Source: a virus
Taxonomy: Duplodnaviria > Heunggongvirae > Uroviricota > Caudoviricetes
Virus record (IMG/VR): IMGVR_UViG_2724679140_000013
Length of the DNA: 37,432 bases
Direction: 5' to 3' (one strand)
The number at the start of each line of letters is the position of its first letter. The first letter of the stretch is position 1. Positions 13,424-23,193 of this stretch are shown one piece after another. The translations under genes were made by a program, and so were the position numbers. The notes below the pieces were generated by a model, which was given only the letters and a program-made list of their open reading frames with translations, did not search any database and was not told the DNA's origin.

Positions 13424-14453
13424 CATCAAGAAGTGCATAAGAGTTAAAACGGATCACCTCTTCGCCAAGCCAGTCATTGATGTGCTTCATGGCCTCCATG
13501 ACGGGCATCAGCTCGTTAATTGCGTAAACCCGCGCGGCCTTCTCCACATCACCAAACGCACTTTTTTCACCCGGCATCGCCCCCATCAGTTGCGGCGGAA
13601 CGCGGTGCGCAGCCAGCACATCATCACGGGATGCCGCCTTAACATTCATGAACTCATCCTTTGCGGTGATCTGCTGGAACGGCAAAATTTGCACCCCCTC
13701 TTTGCCCCCGTTGGGCGCATGAATGAGCACGTTTTTAAACGCACCACCACCACGTGCCCCCTGTAGCGTTTCTTTCAGGGAGTCCATGCTTTCGCGGTTT
13801 ACCTGCGCTGCACCGATGTAGATGATGCACCCGGCGTGGGATCCGTTGTCGTAATACAGTTTTCTGAACATGTCCGCCGAATGAGACAGGCTGGCCGAGA
13901 GTAATGCGCCAAGATATTCCGGCATGCCGTAAATTTCCTGGTTAATGTCAGGATTCATCAGGTGGCACACTTTACCAGGGCGAAACTGAAACGCATCCTT
14001 GCCATCCTGCACATACCACCATGATTCAAGATCGCTTCCGCGTCGCATGTATTTCGCCAGGGCGTGCCGTAATTTAAGCGGTTCGCCGAGCATATTGCTC
14101 CGAAGCTCAAGGAATGCGTTACCGAACACAAACCAGTCCAGCGCCAGCGCCGAGAAATCCTGCCGGGAAAGCAGCGGGTGCGGAATGTAGCAACCGAGCA
14201 ATACATTACGCTTAAAGTAAAGCGCAGACTGATGCCAGGACGTTTGCCGGGCAGCTCTTGCCAGACCGTACCAGTCCACCGGGGTTTCATACCACCGCCC
14301 GTTATCAGCACAGTACATGTTGTCCAGCAGGTCATGCCCGGTCAGGCGATAAGGACCATCAAATGTGAATGCACTGAGCGATGATTCTTTCCTGAGCGCA
14401 TCAGCGAGATCAATGCGTGAACTCATGCGCACTTTTTTATTTTTTCTGCTCAT
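13407..14453 (-). CDS. Q: Portal protein (P2 gpQ)
   Basis: 348 aa; size, position and orientation as P2 Q; overlaps the P stop. Confidence 0.9.
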   Translation of the reverse strand: MSRKNKKVRMSSRIDLADALRKESSLSAFTFDGPYRLTGHDLLDNMYCADNGRWYETPVDWYGLARAARQTSWHQSALYFKRNVLLGCYIPHPLLSRQDFSALALDWFVFGNAFLELRSNMLGEPLKLRHALAKYMRRGSDLESWWYVQDGKDAFQFRPGKVCHLMNPDINQEIYGMPEYLGALLSASLSHSADMFRKLYYDNGSHAGCIIYIGAAQVNRESMDSLKETLQGARGGGAFKNVLIHAPNGGKEGVQILPFQQITAKDEFMNVKAASRDDVLAAHRVPPQLMGAMPGEKSAFGDVEKAARVYAINELMPVMEAMKHINDWLGEEVIRFNSYALLDEKTAP

Positions 14454-16204
14454 CAGAACTCCATAACCGTGAAACGCTCGTTTTCTCCTTCGCCGCCAAT
14501 CGGTTCGTTAATGACAGCAAGCATGGTTGCCCACGCAAGGTCGCCGTGGCTGATCCCCCTCGCGCGGTCCGTTTCGTAAGTGATAAAGCCGCCCGGTGTT
14601 TTCACCTTACGCACGGCGTTAAAGGCCGCGACCAGCTCGCGTTCGGCGCGATCGTATTCCCACCGCCCGGCACGCATTATTTGCAGCATTTTCAGTACCA
14701 GCGACCGTTTTGATGACAGCGTGAAGGTGTACGGAATAGCAGCAGGGAAAAACCGTTTCACTATCTGATAAACAGCCTCCCCGTTCCCGCCCGTCACATC
14801 AATGCCGATGTGTTCCACGTTGTAGCGACACGTGAACTCTTCAATGACTCTGGCCTGTTCTTCAAACTCCAGCCCCTGAACGCGTCGCGTCTCCACCGTT
14901 CGAAAACGGCCTCCAGGAACAGCCGGAGGAACCACTACGGACACAGCGCCGCTGTCGCCGTTTCCACTGCTGCCGTTTGCGTCATACCCAATCCATACCG
15001 GACGATTCCCCATCGGGCGGGGAGCAAAAGGTTTCCAGTCTTTCCAGTCGTCGTATCCGTCAACACCGCAGCCAATCAGTATATTCAGGTTAAATGCCGA
15101 TTCCCCTTCGCGGACAAACTCACACATATAGAGATTGCGGAACTCGTCTTCGGTGTTTTCATCACGAATTTCGTCAATATCGGTGTGTTTCCAGCCGTGA
15201 TTAACCACATCTTCCAGCGTGACAATTTGCCGCCACGTCCGGTCAGGGCAGATAAGCCCGTTATGCAGCGTTTTCCAGTCCACAGAAAAACGCTGACGTT
15301 TATGCGTGGCCTTTTTCTCGTTCCAGCGGTCGCCGTTCCAGTAGGCGTATGCCTCGTGCGTTTCGGTGGATGGCGTGGAGAAGTAGGTGCGCCGCAGTCC
15401 GCTGAGGGTTGCCATAGCGCCAGCCACCTTGCGCAGTTCAGCAAAGCGACTGACCCAGAAAAATTCATCAAAATAAAAATTGCCCGTGTAGGACTGTGCC
15501 GTCGCAGCAGAAGTACCAAGAAAATGCAGCTCTGCGCCGTTGGAGAGGATGATTTTATCGCCCCCTTTCAGCTCCACATCAACTTCAGATGCAGCCTTCT
15601 GAATAATGCTTTTAAACTGGAACGCCTGACGACGCGACGCAGACAAAAAAATCTGGTTACGCTGGTAAGGTTGCGCCACATCGTCACGCAGCGCCATCAG
15701 CAGTGCTTCCTGTGCAAAATACCAGGTCGCCCCAATCTGTCGGGATTTCAGGATCATCCTGTTACGTATCCCGGCTTCACTGCAAAGGGTCAGGGAGTCA
15801 AACCAGCCCCGCTGATGCCACTCCAGCCTGCTGATGATTTTTTCCCGCAGTGCGGCAATCTGCTCCGGCGTGAAATGATTTTTAAGTTTTTTCGCCCGGC
15901 CTTTCTTTCCTGTGGCCGTCACATCCGGCTGGCCATCATGCAGTTTTTTAAGCTGCCGGGTCAGCAGGTCTATTTCCTTAAAGTCACCGCCTGTTTTATT
16001 CTGTTTTTCAGTAAGCTGGATGAGGCGCGCATCGATGGACTGCGTGACACGCTGCACGGGTGGCGTTTCATCCCACTGGTCGCGTTTTTTCCACGCATAA
16101 ATCGTGTTCGGGTTTATTCCCATCAGACGTGATATTTCTGCGGGCGGATAACCCTGCCAGTAAAGTTGCCGCGCACGCTGGCGCACAAAAGCGTCCTGAA
16201 TCAT
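14453..16204 (-). CDS. P: Terminase large subunit (P2 gpP)
   Basis: 583 aa; N-terminal HTH-like region, ATPase and nuclease regions; Q-P pair divergent from O. Confidence 0.9.
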   Translation of the reverse strand: MIQDAFVRQRARQLYWQGYPPAEISRLMGINPNTIYAWKKRDQWDETPPVQRVTQSIDARLIQLTEKQNKTGGDFKEIDLLTRQLKKLHDGQPDVTATGKKGRAKKLKNHFTPEQIAALREKIISRLEWHQRGWFDSLTLCSEAGIRNRMILKSRQIGATWYFAQEALLMALRDDVAQPYQRNQIFLSASRRQAFQFKSIIQKAASEVDVELKGGDKIILSNGAELHFLGTSAATAQSYTGNFYFDEFFWVSRFAELRKVAGAMATLSGLRRTYFSTPSTETHEAYAYWNGDRWNEKKATHKRQRFSVDWKTLHNGLICPDRTWRQIVTLEDVVNHGWKHTDIDEIRDENTEDEFRNLYMCEFVREGESAFNLNILIGCGVDGYDDWKDWKPFAPRPMGNRPVWIGYDANGSSGNGDSGAVSVVVPPAVPGGRFRTVETRRVQGLEFEEQARVIEEFTCRYNVEHIGIDVTGGNGEAVYQIVKRFFPAAIPYTFTLSSKRSLVLKMLQIMRAGRWEYDRAERELVAAFNAVRKVKTPGGFITYETDRARGISHGDLAWATMLAVINEPIGGEGENERFTVMEF

Positions 16205-16358
16205 TGCTCCCCCTGAGTAATTACAGGAAGATTACCCGCGCGCGAAACCGTTCTCCTTAACCCCCTGTTCTGGCCGTTTTCTTACAACAAAAGCCCTTTG
16301 TATCAGCCTGTTACGCTTTGCCATCATGACTGAAGAACCAGTCAGAGGGGCAAAAACT

Positions 16359-17195
16359 ATGGCTAATGAAAAAAAGACATCCCGCAAAAAGTTTCGCGTG
16401 GCTGTCTCCGGATCAACTGTTGATGGCCGCGAAATCAGTCCGGTACATCTGCGTGAAGCCGCCGAGAACTTCAACCCGGATGTTTACGCTGCCCGCGTGA
16501 ACGTTGAGCACTATCTCTCGCCATGCCCGTCAAGCGAATTTTCCGCAATGGGCGATGTCACCGCGCTGAGTACGGAAGATATTACGGAAGGCCCGCTGGC
16601 CGGACGTACTGCGCTGTATGCAGAAATCGAACCGACCGAGCGCATGAAGCAGCTTGTCGCTGACGGCAAGAAAATCTATTCCAGTATCGAACTGCACCCG
16701 CAGTTCTCCGTTAACGGGCGCGCCTATCTGGTCGGGCTGGCGATGACCGACACCCCGGCAAGCCTGGGCACTGAGCGCCTGAAATTCACGGCACAGCAAC
16801 GTCAGGCGGTGATGACGTTCAACAGTGTCCAGGGTGAAGCACCGCTTATCTCCGAAGCCATCGAGTCTGAAATCATCGAAATGGCAGAACAACGCCAGGA
16901 AGAAGGCACCCAGTGGTTTAACCGCGTAATGGGGATTATTGGCCGTGGCCGCAAAGCGGATGACGCCAGTTTCTCCCGCATTCAGGAAGCGGTGGAAGGC
17001 GTCGCAACGTCACAGGCCGACATTATCGACCGTTTTAATGTGCTGGAAACCCGCCATCAGCAGGACCGCCAGAAAATCACGTCACTGACCACAGAGCTGA
17101 CAGCACTGAAGGAAAAACTGCGCACGCAGGACGGCGATCCGCAGAACCGCTTCACCGCAACGGGCGCAGCCTCCGACCAGCTGGCTGACTTCTGA
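16359..17195 (+). CDS. O: Capsid scaffold protein (P2 gpO)
   Basis: Start at MANEKK (SD AGAGGGG); FRVAVSGSTVDGREIS...YLVGLAMTDTPASLGTE parallels P2 O. Confidence 0.85.
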   Translation: MANEKKTSRKKFRVAVSGSTVDGREISPVHLREAAENFNPDVYAARVNVEHYLSPCPSSEFSAMGDVTALSTEDITEGPLAGRTALYAEIEPTERMKQLVADGKKIYSSIELHPQFSVNGRAYLVGLAMTDTPASLGTERLKFTAQQRQAVMTFNSVQGEAPLISEAIESEIIEMAEQRQEEGTQWFNRVMGIIGRGRKADDASFSRIQEAVEGVATSQADIIDRFNVLETRHQQDRQKITSLTTELTALKEKLRTQDGDPQNRFTATGAASDQLADF

Positions 17196-17218
17196 TAAGA
17201 CAAAGGAGCAAATTTTTT

Positions 17219-18271
17219 ATGAATCTGGTGATGTCAGATATTACCCGCAACAAGCTGGGTTGCTATATGGCGCAGCAGGCGTCGCTTAACAATATCCCGG
17301 TTTCCGCACTGGTATCGCGATTTACCGTGGAACCCTCGGTACAGCAGCGTTTTGAAAACGCCTCAAAGGAAAGCACCGAATTTACAAAAAGAATTAACGT
17401 GATCGGCGTGACCGACCAGAAAGGCGAAAAAATCCTCCCGGATACCACCGGGCCGATTGCGCGCACGAATACCAGTTATGACGGCACAAAACGCCGTAAC
17501 CCGAATAACGTGGTTGATCTGAAAAACCGCAAATACCAGTGCGAACAGGTGAACTACGACACGTTTATTTCATATCCGCAGCTTGATGCCTGGGCGGCAC
17601 ACCCTGATTTTCAGTCCCGCATCAGCGCACAGATTGCCCGACAGGTGGCACTTGACCGCATCATGATCGGTTTCAACGGCACGTCTCACGCGGATGAGTC
17701 TAACTTCAGCACCAACAAGTTGCTTCAGGACGTTAACGTGGGCTGGCTGGAGCACATCAGAACCGACGCCAGCGAACGCGTTATGAATGACGTGACGCTG
17801 ACCTCCCGTAACATGGACAACACCGTGGCGCACGCGGGTAAGTATGCGAACGCTGATGCACTGGTACAGGACGCGCGCTCATCCCTGCTGGATGAATGGC
17901 ACAAGGAAGCTGACGACCTCGTGGTGATTATGGGGCGCAACCTGTTTAACTCGCTGCGTCTGCCCGTGCTGAACAGCATCAGCGGCCAGAATCCCAATGC
18001 GGAATTACTCGCCGGGCAGCTCATTCTGTCATCGCGCACCATTGGCGGGCTGGGCGTGTTCCTTGCGCCGTTCTTCCCGGATTCAACGATGCTGATCACC
18101 TCGTTCAACAACCTGTCGATTTACTGGCAGAAAGGTTCAATGCGTCGTCTGATGAAAGACGAACCGGAATACAACCGCATCGCCACCTACCAGTCCATCA
18201 ATGACGCTTATGTCGTTGAAGACTATGGCAAGTGCGCGATGGTCACTGGCCTGAAGTTCGCCGACAGCTAA
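17219..18271 (+). CDS. N: Major capsid protein (P2 gpN)
   Basis: 350 aa; FTVEPSVQQ, IMIGFNG, NLSIYWQ regions parallel P2 N. Confidence 0.9.
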   Translation: MNLVMSDITRNKLGCYMAQQASLNNIPVSALVSRFTVEPSVQQRFENASKESTEFTKRINVIGVTDQKGEKILPDTTGPIARTNTSYDGTKRRNPNNVVDLKNRKYQCEQVNYDTFISYPQLDAWAAHPDFQSRISAQIARQVALDRIMIGFNGTSHADESNFSTNKLLQDVNVGWLEHIRTDASERVMNDVTLTSRNMDNTVAHAGKYANADALVQDARSSLLDEWHKEADDLVVIMGRNLFNSLRLPVLNSISGQNPNAELLAGQLILSSRTIGGLGVFLAPFFPDSTMLITSFNNLSIYWQKGSMRRLMKDEPEYNRIATYQSINDAYVVEDYGKCAMVTGLKFADS

Positions 18272-18316
18272 TCAACTCACGGCGGGCATCATGCCCGCCT
18301 GTAACGGAGAGAAAGA

Positions 18317-19117
18317 ATGATTACTCCTGCACAGCAACACTGGCAGAACGTGATGGCACAGCGCGCAGGCCGGGCGAATGAAGGCGTGGACCACGCCGCG
18401 CGTACCGCGCATGAAGAGGTGCTGTATCGTCTGCGTCTGGCACAGGCCCGGCTTAAGGGCGTACAGGCAAGAAGCGCGAAAGCCGCCATCAAAAAAGAGT
18501 TGTTGCCGGATTTTTCCGGCTGGATTGAGGGAACGCTGGAGGCTGACGGCGGGCAGCAGGACGAAGTGATTGCCACGCTGATGGTGTGGGCGATTGACTG
18601 CGGCGATCTTCCGCTTGCGCTGCGTATTGGTGCGTATGTGGTCCGTCACAACCTCATCATGCCGGATAACTTTGGCCGTACTGCTGCCACGGTACTGACC
18701 GAAGAAATCTGCAACCCGGTACTGACGCAGGCCGGGACGGATGCCGACGCGGATTTGTCCACCTTTATCGAACCACTGGACACACTTTGGGAAATTGTCG
18801 CCAACCAGGATATGCCGGACGAAGTGCGCGCCAAATTATGCAAGGCGTGCGCCTTTGCCCGTCGTGGTCTGACCGATGCAGACAACATGGCCTTATCACT
18901 GAAGCTGCTGCGCGAAGCGATGCACCTGAACCCGAACGCAGGTGTGAAACGCGAGATTGCAACCCTTTCCCGCGCCCTGAAAAAAGCCGATTCCGCAGCC
19001 GCACCAGAAGACGCCAGCGCACAGCAGACGCAGGACGAAAGCAGCAAAAGTAAAAAGACAACGCGGAAGCCTGCAACACGAAAAACCACCGCGACGCAGA
19101 AGGCGAAGCGCGGTTAA
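18317..19117 (+). CDS. M: Terminase small subunit (P2 gpM)
   Basis: 266 aa; MITPAQQH..., DMPDEVRAKL, GVKREI, basic C-terminal tail as in P2 M. Confidence 0.85.
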   Translation: MITPAQQHWQNVMAQRAGRANEGVDHAARTAHEEVLYRLRLAQARLKGVQARSAKAAIKKELLPDFSGWIEGTLEADGGQQDEVIATLMVWAIDCGDLPLALRIGAYVVRHNLIMPDNFGRTAATVLTEEICNPVLTQAGTDADADLSTFIEPLDTLWEIVANQDMPDEVRAKLCKACAFARRGLTDADNMALSLKLLREAMHLNPNAGVKREIATLSRALKKADSAAAPEDASAQQTQDESSKSKKTTRKPATRKTTATQKAKRG

Positions 19118-19218
19118 CGACTGACCCCGTCAGCGGGCGGCGTGCGCGGTGTTCCGGTTTGACTCCGTGACCGTTTACACCGCGCACCCACCGCCCGATT
19201 TTTTCAGGAGTGAACCCC

Positions 19219-19713
19219 ATGAGTATGGTTGCCAGAACCAACCCCGGCCCCGCAGAGGACGACATCACCGATACCGATGATGGTGATACCCGTATTTCAG
19301 CGGGCGCATTCTGGCCGGATATTGTGCTGCGTGAGCTGCGTCTGGCGATACGACTGCCGGGCCGTGTGACCACCTCCCGCCTGCTGCATACCGCCACCGG
19401 GGCCGTGGCACACGTTACCCGCGAGCTGGAAGCGTGGCAGCAGGAACAACAGGCGGCTGGCCATCAGACGCTGGCCGATGTTCCGGCACCCGTAATTAAC
19501 GGAGAAAGCGTCAATCTCTGGCACTGGCGCAATGCCGTTTATACCGCCACACGCGCCCTGATTCTGGAGCGTTACCGCGATGCGGACACAACGGATAAGG
19601 GCGACCGCCGCGCGGACGCACTGGATATACAGACATCGGATTTGTGGCGCGATGTGAGCTGGGCCATCTCTGACATTCTGCGCCGCCCGCGAATCTTTGC
19701 GGAGTTGTGCTGA
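19219..19713 (+). CDS. L: Head completion/stabilisation protein (P2 gpL)
   Basis: ATG 19219 with SD AGGAG; LADVPA..INGES...ERYRD...KGDRRADAL...LWRD parallels P2 L. Confidence 0.8.
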   Translation: MSMVARTNPGPAEDDITDTDDGDTRISAGAFWPDIVLRELRLAIRLPGRVTTSRLLHTATGAVAHVTRELEAWQQEQQAAGHQTLADVPAPVINGESVNLWHWRNAVYTATRALILERYRDADTTDKGDRRADALDIQTSDLWRDVSWAISDILRRPRIFAELC

Positions 19714-19913
19714 TGAAAGTGAAGGCACTGGAAGGCGACACCGTGGATTCGCTCTGTTTCCGGTACTACGGCACGACGCAGGGCGTCACCGAAAAGGTGC
19801 TGGATGCCAACCCCGGACTCTGTCAGCAGGTATTTCTGGACGCCGGGCAGGAAGTGGAGATGCCGGAGCCGGAGAAGAAGAAACGAGAAATGATTCAGTT
19901 GTGGGGGGAGTAG
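19713..19913 (+). CDS. X: Tail protein X (LysM-like)
   Basis: 66 aa; MKVKALEGDTVDSLCFRYYG...VLDANPGL parallels P2 X; TGATG overlap with L. Confidence 0.8.
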   Translation: MKVKALEGDTVDSLCFRYYGTTQGVTEKVLDANPGLCQQVFLDAGQEVEMPEPEKKKREMIQLWGE

Positions 19914-19915
19914 CA

Positions 19916-20239
19916 GTGAGCACCATTCAAACAGGGATCACAGAGCAGGTTATTGCGTGGCTCTTTGACCACCTGCCAACGGTGTATGCAGTAGGCGCGG
20001 CGGTCAGCATTTCCGCGCTGATGAGTCTTTATGACGGACGAACACTGGTTCAGACCGTAACGGGATCGCTGGCGTGCGGCGTTCTTGCCATGGCCGTGGC
20101 CGGGTCGTTGCGCTTCTTCGGAGTTCCTGAGGATGCCGTGACGTTTTTCGGCGCATCTATCGGTTTTATGGGTGCAGAGAAAGCACGCGACAAGGTTATT
20201 GCGGCCTTTAATCGCAGGGTGAAGGAGAAGGACGAATGA
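19916..20239 (+). CDS. Putative holin
   Basis: 107 aa from GTG with SD GGGGGAG; three hydrophobic segments; immediately upstream of the endolysin. Confidence 0.55.
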   Translation: MSTIQTGITEQVIAWLFDHLPTVYAVGAAVSISALMSLYDGRTLVQTVTGSLACGVLAMAVAGSLRFFGVPEDAVTFFGASIGFMGAEKARDKVIAAFNRRVKEKDE

Positions 20240-20628
20240 GCGACACATTTAAATTCAGCAGCCGGAGCGAAAAGAATTTACAGGGTGTAAATCCTGATCT
20301 GGTGAAAGTGACCCGACGGGCACTGGAAATCTCGGAAGTGGATTTTGGTATCACCGAAGGATTGCGCAGCCGTTACCGCCAGAAGCAACTTGTGGCCACA
20401 GGTAAGAGCCAGACCATGAACAGCCGCCACCTTACGGGGCATGCCGTGGATGTTGTGGCGTATGTCGGCAGCCAGGTGTCATGGGAATGGCCGCTGTACG
20501 AAAAAATCGCAGCAGCATTCAGACAGGCCAGCCGGGAGCTGAATATTCCGGTGGAATGGGGCGGCGACTGGAAGACCCTGAAAGACGGACCGCATTTTCA
20601 GTTACCACACGGAGCCTATCCGGCATGA
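20236..20628 (+). CDS. Endolysin, M15-family (VanY-like) zinc peptidase
   Basis: 130 aa; SRHLTGHAVDV and DGPHFQL metal-ligand motifs. Confidence 0.8.
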   Translation: MSDTFKFSSRSEKNLQGVNPDLVKVTRRALEISEVDFGITEGLRSRYRQKQLVATGKSQTMNSRHLTGHAVDVVAYVGSQVSWEWPLYEKIAAAFRQASRELNIPVEWGGDWKTLKDGPHFQLPHGAYPA

Positions 20629-21032
20629 AGCTCTGGCCCACGCTTGGCGTCGCTTTCCTTCTGATTGCCGGATGGGGAACATCCATGCGTCTGTCGTGGT
20701 CGCTGGGCCGGGAGAACGCCAGAAACGAAGCGCAGGCCAGCACCCTGAAAAGTACCGCCGACACCCTGAATATCATCAGCGCCGGGGTACAGGATATGCA
20801 GCAGGTGCTGGCGCAACTCCGCGTGGAAAATCAGCAACGCAATCAGGACGGAGAGGTAAGACGTGAACAGCTACGCAACGATATTGCAAAAGATGAATGC
20901 GCCCACGCTTTGCCTGACGCTCGTTTTACTGACAGGCTGCGCAGGCACGCAGAACGCGCCACTGCCAGCGCCGTCAGTCCGGCTTATACCGCAGACGCTG
21001 ACCATTCCGGTAACGCCGCCCCCCTTCCCTGA
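20625..21032 (+). CDS. i-spanin (LysB/Rz-like)
   Basis: N-terminal TM LWPTLGVAFLLIAGWG followed by a coiled coil; ATGA overlap with the endolysin. Confidence 0.6.
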   Translation: MKLWPTLGVAFLLIAGWGTSMRLSWSLGRENARNEAQASTLKSTADTLNIISAGVQDMQQVLAQLRVENQQRNQDGEVRREQLRNDIAKDECAHALPDARFTDRLRRHAERATASAVSPAYTADADHSGNAAPLP

Positions 21033-21183
21033 CCTTCCCACATGGGGAAATCTCGGTATATGGGGCGACCGCCTTCTGGATGCACTGGAAACCTGTAACG
21101 CGGATAAACGGGCCATTGAATTACTGGAACAGCGCAGGCTGCAACGACTGAACAACGAGGACAACAACCATGCTGAAAACTGA
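20863..21183 (+). CDS. o-spanin lipoprotein (LysC/Rz1-like), overlapping the i-spanin
   Basis: Lipobox LLTGC; Pro-rich mature region; GTG 20863 with SD GGAGAGG (alternative ATG at 20893); starts inside the i-spanin and extends beyond it, as in P2 lysB/lysC. Confidence 0.6.
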   Translation: MNSYATILQKMNAPTLCLTLVLLTGCAGTQNAPLPAPSVRLIPQTLTIPVTPPPFPDLPTWGNLGIWGDRLLDALETCNADKRAIELLEQRRLQRLNNEDNNHAEN

Positions 21184-21637
21184 TTCCCTGCGTGAAGCCA
21201 TGACCCGTTCATGCCGATGGTGTCAGGCCAACCCGGAAAAATTCACCATTTTCGTGGAGAGCGGCAACATTGAAACGACAGGAGAAACCCCATCGTTTGT
21301 TTACCGCTATCAGATGGTGATGTTTGTCATGGATTACGCCGGGGAGCTGGATGACCTCACGCTGCCGCTGCTGGCGTGGTTATCCGAAAATCAGCCACAG
21401 TTGTTGCTCAACCCTGAGCGTAATCAGGACATCAAATTCTCCGCCGTTATCAATGACGATGACAGCGCCGACCTCCTGTTTACGCTCCCCCTGCGGGAAC
21501 GCGTTCGCATCACGCGCAACAGTCAGGGCACACCGCAGGCAGAACACCTGCCGGAGCCAAAACCCCGTCTGCCCTCTTCCGAAGGCGACTGGTCGCATGT
21601 ATTCCAGGATGTGACGTGGGGTGAAAGCGATGGATAA
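21170..21637 (+). CDS. R: Tail completion protein (P2 gpR)
   Basis: MLKTDSLREAMT...LLAWLSENQP parallels P2 R. Confidence 0.8.
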   Translation: MLKTDSLREAMTRSCRWCQANPEKFTIFVESGNIETTGETPSFVYRYQMVMFVMDYAGELDDLTLPLLAWLSENQPQLLLNPERNQDIKFSAVINDDDSADLLFTLPLRERVRITRNSQGTPQAEHLPEPKPRLPSSEGDWSHVFQDVTWGESDG

Positions 21638-22265
21638 GGCATTCACCCGCGTGGATGAAACCTTTGAGGCCATCCGCAACAGCCTGAATCAGCAGGCCAT
21701 CAATAACATCGCCAGAAAGCTGGCACAGGATTTACGCCGCGCCCAGCAGGCGCGTATCCGGTCACAGAAAGCGCCGGACGGGACCGCGTGGACACCACGC
21801 AGACGCCGCGTAACCCGGATACAGGAACGCATTCGCTTTATCTGGAATAACGAAGCACGCACGCTGAAAAACTGGCATCACGACACGGGGAAATACGGGC
21901 GAACCATTACCGGGTGGGATGAGGATAAAAACAATATCCGCACGTTTTACCGGGATGACATCGACCGTTTTCTGGAAATACGCACCCGGCGCATCAACCA
22001 GGACAGCACAAAGCGCGTCCCCATGTTCGTAAAACTGCGCACCGCCCGCTACCTGAAAGCCCGTGCAGATGCTTCCGGTGTGACGGTGGGTTACAGCGGC
22101 GTGGCCGCACGTATTGCCCGCGTTCATCAGTTCGGTGAGCGCGATCAGGTTGCGCCGGGCATTTTCACCGATTACCCGGTACGTGAGCTGCTGGGTATCA
22201 GCCAGGCAGATGAGCGCCTGATTTATAACACGGTGCTGGGCCGGATTGCGGAGGCTGTACGGTGA
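21630..22265 (+). CDS. S: Tail completion protein (P2 gpS)
   Basis: Start at MDKAFTRVDE (ATG 21630), overlapping the end of R; position as P2 S. Confidence 0.75.
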   Translation: MDKAFTRVDETFEAIRNSLNQQAINNIARKLAQDLRRAQQARIRSQKAPDGTAWTPRRRRVTRIQERIRFIWNNEARTLKNWHHDTGKYGRTITGWDEDKNNIRTFYRDDIDRFLEIRTRRINQDSTKRVPMFVKLRTARYLKARADASGVTVGYSGVAARIARVHQFGERDQVAPGIFTDYPVRELLGISQADERLIYNTVLGRIAEAVR

Positions 22266-22843
22266 GCGCAGAACTCATGCGACTGCTGAGCAATATCATC
22301 CGCACCGGGATCATCTCTGAAGTTGATGAGAAGTCCTGGCGCGTGCGCGTTCGCAGCGGCGAACTGGAAACAGGATGGTTGCGCTGGAACACCACGCGCG
22401 CGGGAGCCTTCAATGTGTGGCTGCCGCCATCACCAGGCGAACAGGTGGTAATTGCCTGCATTGGCGGCAACCCGGAAACCGCCATGATAATTGGCAGCCT
22501 GTGGAGTGATGCCAGTCCGGCCCCCGGAAAAAGCCTGAAAGAAATCGTGGTCAGTGCGCCGGATGGCGCGGTGTTCCGCTACGACGCGGACGCAGGCGCA
22601 CTGAGCGCCAGCGGCATGAAAACAGCCACCCTGCAGGCATCCGTCAGCGTGACACTGGATACGCCCGTCGTGGAATGCACAGACCTTCTGAGAACGGCGA
22701 CGCTTGACGTCACAAAAGGGGGAAAGATGAGCGGCAATATCACGCACAGCGGCGGCGATTTCACCTCAAACGGCATCACAGTGCATACGCATAAGCACGG
22801 TGGTGTTAAAGGTGGCAGCGATTCGACAGGAGGCCCGCAGTGA
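22262..22843 (+). CDS. V: Baseplate spike/assembly protein (P2 gpV)
   Basis: IRTGIISEVD..., PSPGEQVVI, HTHKHGG motifs parallel P2 V. Confidence 0.85.
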   Translation: MSAELMRLLSNIIRTGIISEVDEKSWRVRVRSGELETGWLRWNTTRAGAFNVWLPPSPGEQVVIACIGGNPETAMIIGSLWSDASPAPGKSLKEIVVSAPDGAVFRYDADAGALSASGMKTATLQASVSVTLDTPVVECTDLLRTATLDVTKGGKMSGNITHSGGDFTSNGITVHTHKHGGVKGGSDSTGGPQ

Positions 22844-23190
22844 CAACCCGCTACACAGGAATGAACCCGGACGGGACGGGAAACCTGAACGATATGGACC
22901 ACCTGAAACAGTCAGTCAGGGACATCCTGACCACCCCGCTGGCAAGCCGGGTTATGCGACGGGAATATGGCAGCCTTGTGCCTGATTTGATTGACGAACC
23001 CATGAATAACACCACGCGTCTGCAATGCATGAGTGCTGCCGTGATTGCACTGACACGATGGGAACCCCGCATTGCCCTGGATGCCATCGATGTTGTCTGG
23101 AAAGCAGGAGGCCGCGCTGGGGTGACGCTGTCGGGCACTGTCATGCAGACCATGCAGAATGTTGAATTAACCATCACGCTGAGAGAGTAA
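22840..23190 (+). CDS. W: Baseplate wedge protein (P2 gpW, GPW/gp25 family)
   Basis: 116 aa; position and size as P2 W. Confidence 0.85.
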   Translation: MTTRYTGMNPDGTGNLNDMDHLKQSVRDILTTPLASRVMRREYGSLVPDLIDEPMNNTTRLQCMSAAVIALTRWEPRIALDAIDVVWKAGGRAGVTLSGTVMQTMQNVELTITLRE

Positions 23191-23193
23191 ATC

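Noticed and set aside
14810-16132. 440-aa plus-strand ORF antisense to the terminase large subunit
   Set aside because: A shadow ORF opposite gene P with an Arg/Pro/Phe-rich nonsense-like translation.
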